Assembly (NCBI GenBank): GCA_030141605.1
Contig: JAQGDQ010000068.1
Location: 620,001 to 684,000 of the forward strand
Length of the DNA stretch: 64,000 nt
Direction of reading: 5' to 3'
Source: Tubiluchus corallicola
Taxonomy: Eukaryota; Animalia; Priapulida
Part shown: positions 25,101 to 36,300 of the stretch, one piece after another
Layout: each line of letters begins with the position of its first letter
Position numbering within the stretch: position 1 is the first letter of the stretch
Position numbers and translations under genes: made by a program
The notes under the pieces: generated by a model
What the model was told of the DNA's origin: nothing
The model's input: only the letters and a program-made list of their open reading frames with translations
Database searches by the model: none

Positions 25101-27224
25101 GATTGTTAATTTCGGTAATAAACAAAAATATAAATTCTGCACTTCAGATAGCAGTAAAAAACTAAAAACACAAATTTGTGATTGTAAAATGTCTCTATCT
25201 TAATTTCATTTTTTTAAAGCATGTATTTGTACGAGACGCACATGCTTAGTGCTATTTCATACAAGTTAAAATAGGCAACTGCAGTAACTAATACACAGAC
25301 TAAGTTATGAATTCTTCATAAATGCTTCCTAAATAACTTCATCAAAATAACCCGAAATGACATTTCTATAGTTATCTTTGTCTATCTTTGGGATCCGCAT
25401 CAGTAGTCACTGTATGATGCATTCAGCGTAATCTACTAAGTATTTATAGTTTAAAGTGCTTTAGCGCGAATATTCCTATAAGAATCCATTTGAAAAGATA
25501 GTTATGAATAGAAAATATTGCAGCACATTTACATTAGCTGTAAGTGCTGACACTAATGTGTACTACAGAAAATCAAAAGAAAACTAACCACAGGGGGCTG
25601 GATATTACAATGTGGGAAATATCAAGCACTTAAGCTCATTAAGGCCTCTCTCTGGTGTTATTAGTACGGAATGCTATTGTATATATTTGAGCATTTAAAC
25701 AATAGTATTATCTCTGCCAAACTGTTGGGTCTCCGAAGGACATACAATTTCTTATCAAAGATTTATGCCAGCACCATATACAACACTTAAAGCAACACAA
25801 TTTCAACAAATAAAACATACTAACCATGTTGAATTGATGTACTGCCAACTTAAAATGTCAACAACTATTCATCAAGAACTATCGAATCACTTTAACTGCT
25901 GCACTAAAACCGGCTCTGGCTTTTACTTCGTTTTATACTTTGGAAATTTGCAACTCATAGACCTCACTTAATAAAAACATGTTAAACAAAACTTCAGTAT
26001 CTTAGCTAACGTGAGTGAAAAGATTAACTTACCATCAAAGACCAACTTAAACTTGTTCAAAGCACCATCTGTTAATTTAACTGATCCATCATCTGGCAAT
26101 CTGATGTCCAACTTTACTATGAAAGAACCTTTAGAAGAAATTCTGACTGGTGCAAGCTCATGTACTGCGGTACCGTCAGGGACAAAATTCTGCTCAGCAG
26201 CCAAGTTTTTTGTCCTATTCGATGCCGACTCGGGTACATCTGCTGGTAACATTACAGGTAATATTGTTACAGTCATGGTATCAAGATGTAATATTTTGAT
26301 AGAGTTGTTATTTGTGTCTGCAATGTACAACAGTGTTCCACAGGAGGACAGACACACACCTCCAGGCTCATTAAACATTGGAAGCTGTAAGTCTGAACCC
26401 ACAGCATCACCATAAGCACCAGAACCAGCAATCGTCTGACATGACTTATCAGCAGTATTAATCAATTTTATCTGAAATGTCAAAAGAATAAAAAATTGAA
26501 GAAGTATGTGAGAATTTGAATAAGTTTGTAAAATGACAGACACAAAAACAAAATGTATTCGTATACTGTGTAAATGCATGCCTCAATAATAATGATACAT
26601 GCAGTTGTCTGTTGCTCAAGTGTCCAGCACTTTAAAAAATGGCTCAAAAATATAAACAAACCGTACTCTTGATCTGCAGTTTCCTTCTGTAGCCTCTATT
26701 TTAACTCATGTATAACTATGTAATTATGGCCTGTCATTTGTGCGTATTTGAGCCCTTTTACATTTTGTTAGATTTTTGTAGGATTTTAAAGGACATATTG
26801 AAACATTTTAAACCATACTTAGTCATGGAAACTATAAACCTTATCTCAGTAATTAAAAAGCAGACTTCATACACTATCAGTAAAACAGTTACTCGAATGT
26901 TGTAATACACATAACTGTATACAAAAACAGTCCAATAATTAATTTCCTGCCCTTTACATTTATCAAAAGTCATTCTTCTCAGACAATTACAAACAATCAT
27001 TTGGAGCAGCTGCACAATAAACTTAAACAAAACATGCATTTTGACATATATTATGCTGCGAAGGAGAGTCTATATTTGCTAAAATTACAGAGAATGAAGT
27101 TTCAAGTTTGGTTCACAAGAAAAAGAGAGAAAGAGAAAGTTTGGTTCACAAGAAAAAGAGAGAAAGAGAGAGGCAGAAAGGAGGGAGGGAAAGAGAGAGT
27201 GACAGAGAAATTGGTAGAGTGAGT

Positions 27225-27302
<78 letters not shown>

Positions 27303-30300
27303 GAGAGAGAGAGAGAGAGGGGGGAGGGAGAGAGAGAGAGAGGGGAGGGAGGGAGAGAGAGACCTAAAGATTAACACATAGTACTACTAAAATTATAGTT
27401 TCTTGTCTCATACGGGAAAAATACCATCCATTCGTTTATCATAAAGCATATTCAATAAGTAATGATATTTCATATATATGGCAGCTGCTTTACTTTGTGA
27501 TTGTATGAGTCTGCTGCATAAAGATTCATTGTCGTCGGATGAAATGCAACTCCAAGAGGATGCTGTAACTTGGCACTGGTGCCACTCCCATCAACATCAC
27601 CAAAAGAAAATAAGTCCTGCAACATAAAAGGTCACACAAATTAGCCAAAACTGATTAGGCCAAAAATGTTAGGCATAAGTTTAGAAAAAAAACACAGGTC
27701 ACAAAGGTTGTTTGCACATATGAAACAACTTTAAAAAAATTGTTACATATTTTGATCAAGATGGCAAAAACTTATTATAATTTCCAATTACTTGTAACAT
27801 GAACCACAGTTTCATCTTGTTTGCGACTTGGTAGATTTTGACACAATGCTGGCTTTTTGAACATTAATTGCAAGTCATGTAATGTAATATTTCAAGTGTC
27901 ATTTACTGTTTTGTAGAAAGAATTTTTAGTTCACTTATGTGTTTAGTCAGATTATTCTAGTCAGATTATTATGGAATTTAGAAACTAATCACATCCGGCA
28001 AACACAAAAAAGACTTATTTTTAGTTCAATGCAGCTTGTAGATAATGGAACAAAAATAAAAACATGGCAACACCTATTTTCACACTAGCAAATGCATGAG
28101 TGGTTAGAAAGTGAGGCTTATAACACCAAGCTTTTGTGCAAGGTAATAGCCTTCCTGCCCTTTCAATGTTGAAATTAATCTTGTAGACCTTGTAGATATG
28201 TTTTAAAATGTAAAAGTTAAAAGATTTTTGTTGCTAACACTTCTTGCCTTTATTATTTGGAACTTCAAGCCAGTCTGCATGTAAATTTACCTGAGAAACT
28301 GTTTTCAAGCAAATGTGCATTGCATTTTAAACCCTTTCACCCAGGCACGCCAAACAATTGATGGATATGCCATTAATTTTGAGACGCACAGGATTTCAAA
28401 TCAGCTGCACGGGAAAATGATTAACTTGCACAGCCATTAAACGACCACAGGTTAATCACATTTGACAGCAAAATGCAAGACCATCCATTAAAACGTGTGA
28501 TTAAGTACCTTTTCATTGCGACCAAGACGATGACTTAGAGAGAGATTACAGCTATAGTTCAATTCCATCTAGACTGCTGACACTGACTTACTGTGGGAAT
28601 TTGAATCAAACAAAAAGAACGGGTAACCTGTGAAGGACTAGCTAAAGATCCGGTTAACATTAGAAATTCTAGTTCCAACACACTTAGTTATAATAAAAGA
28701 GGTCAGAATCTATAAACTGATCCAACCTTAGTGTTTGTACTTCAAGAATGGCTAACGGTCAGTCAGTTTTCTAAACAGGAAAACTAAAAAGAATCCTCAT
28801 TTTATCTTCTTTTACAATACAAATATAAAGCAGCTGGACCATTCTTGACAATGTGATCTTTAAATACAAATACGTATCAGTCCAATTCTTGTCCATCCTA
28901 AATAAAATATAATTGCTTATAAAATAAATCTAATGTTACTTATAAAATTTATCTCATCAGCTCAGTTAAACAATAACATAATCTTCTCAGCTAGTTAATT
29001 CCGTATTAATACCTGAGGATTTTTGCTACCTCCAACAACTGCCTTCACTGCCCCAGATCTAATATCCATTGACCGAATACTCGAGCTTTCACTATCCGCA
29101 ATGTACATAGTGCTGCCACCTATACAAATCTCAGATGGTTGGGCAAATGCTGCTAGGTGAGGATAGATATTGTTCTTATTCTGTTCAGCTCCACTTCCCG
29201 CAATGCATACACAAGTACCTGCTGTATATTTCCTATAAGACGAAACACGATGATGTATTTTTTTTTTACTTTCTCATAAGGCACCCTCACAGACATTCAC
29301 AGCCAGAAGTGATTTTTCTTGTGACTTTTCCGATTAATAAAACTATGCATATGTTCACGCGCATGCACATGCCATGTTTGCTGCAGAAATATAGTGCATG
29401 TACTAGAAAGGTGATGTGACAATTTATTTATTAATTAAAAATTATGGTCTTAATTTTCCTACATAATTATATAATAAATTGGCTGAATTTATAGATTTAA
29501 AAGCTCTGTTAATATTACATGCTGCTAACAAAGGTCATTTACCTGGAAATTTACAAGAGAGATTCTGGTTTTTTAATAATCCAATTAAAATTACAAGATA
29601 GCATGGCAATTGCAAAATACCACTGGCAAGAACCACTTTGAAAACAAATGAGTCTGTCATTTCGAGGTGCTAAATTATGGAATGATCTAGATGAGGATTT
29701 AAAAAGTTGTTTTCGTGTGCATATTTTTAAAAAAATGGGTCAAGAAGAAAATGTTAGAAAAATATAGATAATTGACGGCATTTTATGTACATTAAATAGT
29801 CAAAATATCTTTTAAAACATGCATTTAATGTATTTTAAACATGTTTTTAATATGTGCAGCACCTTTTAACTAGATGAAATATATTACAAGAGTAACTTTT
29901 ATTAATCACTTTCATCAAATTATCTGATAGGGGAAGGACTATATAAGTATCATACTTCATCCTCCCTACATTTCATATATTAAATTAAATTGTACATCAT
30001 TTTAAATTGTGATTTTAGTATCCACCACTGTCTTAATTATTATTATTTGCTTTATACATTTTACGTATGTGTGAAATAAACTCGTTTATCATTATTTATA
30101 TTTATAATAACATCTATCTATATGGTGATTTTGTAACATTTCTATTATTTCTGTCTATCAGCTTTCATTTCAGTGTGTAGTTGACTGCTTTTCTCTCTAC
30201 CAACATTTAAAGCAGTTATACTCGTTGAAATCGAATATAAATAAAGTTCATACTTACTTAAGTTGATACTTTTTACTTACTACCAGGGATATTACCTTTA

Positions 30301-33300
30301 AAGAGCTAAAAACATCCCTGGTAAGAATACTCAAGTTTTGTAAGATTCATGCACTTTCTTGACAAGACACTTCAAAATGAATTAAGTGTCTAAGCATAAA
30401 ATACTTAACTTTTTAATTGGAGTATACAACAATCTATAAAAATAATTACAACAATATCTGCAATTAACTAATTTGTGTTCATTCACAGCCCGTTCATGTT
30501 CTACACTAAAATGTTTAAAAAAGGGGTAATATGTTTCATGTTTGATGGTCCGTGAATTGCATTTACAAAATCAATTACGAACCATCCTAAGTTTATTATA
30601 CCCGTTCTAATACTGCAGTTTAAGGCCAGTGAAAGTTATGTGGTTAATCGAAATATGAACATACAATACAAAGTTCCATTTATTTCCCAGAAGGATCACT
30701 GTAAACTTGCAACACCATGTGGTTAGACAACTATGAACAAGCCCAGCTAGCTGAAAGTTTTTCAGGGTGGTTGACCTGCTGTTAGCTCAACAGCAATGAA
30801 ATTTTAGTTCATTTATTGCTACATTATGCTAATCATGTTTTAAAAATTTTGTTTTTCACCTAAAAATACTTCTTGCAAAAGCATATATGTATATACAGGT
30901 TGTTAAGCACAGCTATAACGTAATACATATGAAGAAATAGATTAAATTTACCTACCTATTTTTCCACCAAGTGGAATCACTCAAAAATATAGCCCAAATC
31001 TGATGTGTCCCAGCCATTGCAATAAACAATGTATCCTCTGTACCACTGCCTGAATTTGAAAATGTACCTTAGTGATTTTGATATCAAATTGCGATGATAA
31101 AAATGCTTGTTAATATTACTTAAATTTCAAATTCATTAATGTTTCAAATTGAAATTATGCACTTTTTTATACCACTGTCTTTAACGACACCTAAAACTTG
31201 CAGGTATATATTCCATCAGCCATCTCATGTTTTAACAAAAACACCTTCATAAACTCTAGTCAAACTCTTTTAATTTCAATTTGTTTTAAGGTGATTTTTA
31301 ACATGCCTCCTCACTACTTCAGTTTATGTTTAAATTTTATTTTTCTCTTATTTTATTTTTATACTGCTTATACTTGTAAAAGCAAAGCGCACTTTGCACA
31401 TTTAATCAGATTGAATCTAACGAAATGACTTCATAAATTTTACATTAAAAATTGATGTCAAGTAATGTGGCTTAATTTGAATTTAACGCAAAAATGTAGA
31501 GGCAAATTTAATGCAGATACAGAAAAATGTGAAATTCACTACTTTGTGAAATTGTGAAAAAGTCATGCTCAGGCCAATAAATAGATGATTACAGTTTACC
31601 CTAGAAAAGGAAAACTAGAGTAGCTGAAAAACACTGTGTGCTTATATCTGTTAACAGTCTCTAGCTAGTATTGAAGCCCACAAACACAAAATTTGAGGAT
31701 AACCAGGTAAGCTCGGTAGCAGCTAATGGATAAGGCTTTTCTCAAAATATTTAGTTCTCTAACTGACTCAGGTAAAGGTGAAAGTCACTTTTAAAAATGT
31801 TGCATATTTTCGAAACAGAAGATGTCAAATGGTTTGTTTTGAGTGTAAACAGAAATCACATGTGATTGGTCTTCGTAAATATTTTAAAGTCAAACTCAGC
31901 GTGGAAATTTTAGACAAAATAAAACCTCATAATATACCAAGCAAACAGAAAGCCTTCCACTGCTAACATGTGGATGTGGCCTTGGCATGTTAAATCAAAC
32001 GAGATCGTGAGTTGTTACCTAAATACCCGGTATATGAAAACATTTTCTCCAGCTAAACAGAATTTGTAAAACAAAACACCTATTTTTGGCAAGCTATTTC
32101 AGGTAAAAAAATTGATTTACTACTGTGAGCTGTCAGGTATAACAATATCCCGCCCCAGCTTATTCAAATGAAATGTGACAAATATGACCAATAGCATCAC
32201 TTCTGTCATTACCAATAGAACATCCTAAACACACATCCCATGGAGAGCTGATTGGCTGTTTTGGTCCAACATTTCCGCCAATCCTGTCACTACCCATTTC
32301 ACCAGTGCCGGCTACAGTTGAAACTGTGCAAGTTTTCAAATCTACCTAGAACAGAGCAATACGCTAATTAAAAACCATATACTGCTATTAAATGAACAAG
32401 TTTAATGCAGATGTTATAGATGTTACCTTTCTGACTGCATGATTTTCAGTGTCAGCCACATAGATAATATCATCATGCCAACATAAGCCTTGTGGGCTGC
32501 GAAACTGAGCCTCATGAAAAGAACCATGAACAAAGCCTGCTTGCTCACCGCCAATGCTTTCCTAAAAATAATGTAACAAAATTGTTCAGAGTGTTGCTAC
32601 TGAAAGGCACTTAAGCTAAATCTACTGTATGACAAACATAATGTAATTATAATGGGGGGACTGTAGAGTGTCCCGGTCAGAAGATTATGTCAAGCACTTA
32701 GAGACAGGGTTAGCTTTATTGTAGATCAGTATAAAAATATATAATTTCCCACTGCTTTCAAAAAATTGCATTAGACCTGGGAATCTTTTCACCTCGACCG
32801 GCTATGTTCATTTTGTGAGACCTACTCCAATTTAGTGTGCAGCCACACGAAAAATAATTGCTTAAATAGATAATAAACAAGTCACTTATATATCGCAAAA
32901 CATGTAGGGATGTTACCAAGACTGAAATAACAAATCAATACCGAAATTTATGAAACAGAGGAAACCGATACTGAAATGAAACCGAACCAAAATAATTTTT
33001 GCAAAACCAACTACTACCAAAACAGAAAAAATTCTGAAATAAATAAAATACTTTGTTTTTGCTTGTTTGCCTATATTTGCTCTGATACACGCTTGATGGA
33101 GTAGCTAGGCAAAAACTCCAAAACAGAAAAGTAGAACAATGTTTACGGTTAAAGATCAGGAAGCTTAAAAAATTGACAGGTTTTATTTTGTAAATATTTT
33201 GTTGCCTATATTTCATAAATTATAAAATTAAACTTAGTTTTATTCAAATTATGCTTTGATATTTCGGTTAATTGTGCCTGGATGCCATAAAGCTTCACAA

Positions 33301-36300
33301 TCACCAGCAAAAAAGATATGACGTATTGCCGTAAAAAGCACGCTACATGTGGTACAAACAAGTTAAATAAACAGTATTTACACTTTATTTGAGCTATTTT
33401 AAGAAAAAAATTAAGCAATTTTTAACATCTAGGAGACTAAAACGGTAATCTGGATAAACACTACTAAAACATTGGCAAAATGTTAGGAAAATTACCGAAA
33501 GTTTTGGTTACGAAACTTCATAAATTTCGACATAAACTAAGCTCAACTGAAAGTGCAATTATCGGCAAAACAAAACGAAAATTTTGTTTTGCTAACATCC
33601 CTGATAGCATGCAGTAGCAATAAAAAACGAAGCTTTACAAATATAACTGTGCACATGCATGTAATTCTGTCATTCTACTATCTAGTCATTAACAATTAAT
33701 CAAACAATATATATTAAAACATTGGCAAAAATAGACTTTATCAGTTTATGTGAACACAAAACTGCAGTGCTCCTAATTTGAAAAACATTAATTGTTATAA
33801 TATAACAGCTATAAAAGTTTCTCTCCACGAAGTTCCGATGATAGTGCAAAAATTACTCTTCCAGTGCAAAAATCAAATCTTCAACAAATCAAACTGAGAA
33901 ATCATCACAGCGCATTTAGACATTGGTCCTAATTGTTATATATGGCTTACAAAAAATTTGGAAACCCTCTTTAACATGCCTGATTGTGAGATTTTAAGCA
34001 ATTATTGTAGTGCAAGCTAGGTGTACAGTAGAGAACGAGTATGATAGTATATGACAGTACACCTGAACAAAGGAAATATACCTGTATAACACCAAGTGAG
34101 TTGAGAACAAGAATTCGATGATTCCCAGTATCGGACACAGCAATGCAATCTCCACCCTGATTCACAGCCACTTTACTGGGAAATCTAAGTACTGATTCTC
34201 CTAGCATGCATTTAGTTAGCTTGACACTCAAAGGTTTATCACTAATCTTGTTCTTTGCTTTAAAGTATGAAAGACTCGTTCGTACAAATTCAAAAAGTTT
34301 ATCTCTAAAATGAAATATAGAAAACATCAGATTTTGTAACAGAAAGGACATGTGTAGTCTATATATACCGCTATTACCTTTGCCTATTTTTAAATAATAA
34401 TATAGATATTAGTAATGAAAAAGTGCAAAATTTTATCAGCAATTCCCCACTTTAATCATTTATGTCTGAAGAAGCAGCCCGGTAGTTCAGCAGCATACTA
34501 TGTAATGGAACTACAGGAAAGAACCAAATACGTTTCACAATAGAATGTACTCCTAAAAGAGTATTTCCTAATACAATGAAAACACTGCAGTACAAAAGCA
34601 AGCTTTAAGGCTTTTTGGCTATCTTTGTTTCAGCTGCTCAAACTTAAAAAGCGAAACTTCTCATCAAAAATTAACTTTATGACATCACAAATAACGTATC
34701 CAGCAACCAAAGGAAGACTATCATAGCTCTTCTTGAGAACAGAACAACATCAGTTACTTTGAGCAATATATTTGAACAGTAAAAGCTATCGAACAGGAAA
34801 ATAGTCATCTACGCTCCAATCACAGAGAGTGTTTCGTATAACAATCCTAAAGCGCCAGACAGCAGCTTCATACAGCAAACAAAAATAAATAATAACATTT
34901 TACCGATGACCTTCTCCAATCAGAGACAACAGAATTTGGTTATCTGGTCCCAAGACAACAAGTGTGGGCCAACAGTGTATTTTCAAAGCTGTCCATAAAA
35001 CTAGAGAATGATCATTGATAACCGGGTGTGTCATGTTATACCGATGCACAGCATGCAGAATGTTTGCCGCGTCCTTTTCATTATCAAATTTGGCAGAATG
35101 AACTCCAACTACTACAAGACCATCTACGTATGACAAAAAATAAATCAAGTTTAAAAAATACTTACTCATGTTCCAGATTTTTAAAAAACCACAATCAATA
35201 ATAAAGGTTTAAGTTAAGAAGAAAATTAAACTGAGATTGTATCATTTGTAAATGGACATAGCTAAAGAAGAACTGATGCATCCAGTGAATGGAGCAATGA
35301 AAATTGACACACTGTTACCAGGGATGTGCCGATACATAAACGGAGATCGGGAAACAAACTTGCATATCGGAAGAGATAGGAGACTAGGCCAATAATATGC
35401 TAATATCGGCAATAGCTGCGTCGATGTGAAATTTTTTCCCTAAAATAAATTTTCGCTTTTGAATACACTTAAAATAAACTTTGATTAAGCTTTATGTTAT
35501 TAGCACAACAATACCGTAATTATAAACATCACTTAAGTACACAAAACTAGTACAGAATTAGTATTTTACAGAAGGATAAAAATGTCATAATTATTGACTT
35601 CCTGCAGTTACAACATAAACAGCAGTTATAATACCATCATATCATGTTACGTCTGATATTGGATCGGCCAACAGTAATAGGTAAAAATAATCAGTCTCAG
35701 ATCGGGACACAGGTTCCCATATCGGCACATCCCTGATTTGCAAAATTTATATAGACAACGTATGAGGTGGACAGCTAACACCACTGAACAAACAATGATT
35801 AAAAGAGCACAGATACTGATATTTTAAATTAAACTCAAGCAGAATTTCTAAACTGTAGTGAACATTGCACAGAATTGTATAGAGAAATCAAAAAGTAAAA
35901 TAAAATAGAATTTATACCTAATTTACTTTAAAAGGTATTTTTAAAATAATTGCATTACTTTGTAGAATACATTTTACCTGTTACAGTAAAGCGCTGCTCC
36001 AAGTCATGTAGATCAGGAAGCACATGCATACAGTTTATGCAGCAGTAAGTCCAAAAATCAAGGACAACTACCTTTCCAAGTAAATCTTCTCTCAAGGACA
36101 ACATTCGTGAAATGTTAACAGGAAGAATGTCTGTAAAAACAGTAATAAATTATGCCTGTTTGAACACGTTTGATTTTCCAAACAGAGAAGCTTATGCAAA
36201 AAAACCCATTTATAGTTCGTCAATACAGTAGTACTGGTAGTTCAGAAGCTTTTTTGTCTCGCTCACTTAACCACTTACTAGCCAAGTTCAATGTTCTTTA

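Noticed and set aside
23300-25565. Nearer AG acceptors (25562, 24148, 23400) as the NHLRC2 last exon
   Set aside because: In phase 1 they give short peptides with no resemblance to the NHLRC2 C-terminal domain, whereas 13112-12838 matches. Minor isoforms are not excluded.
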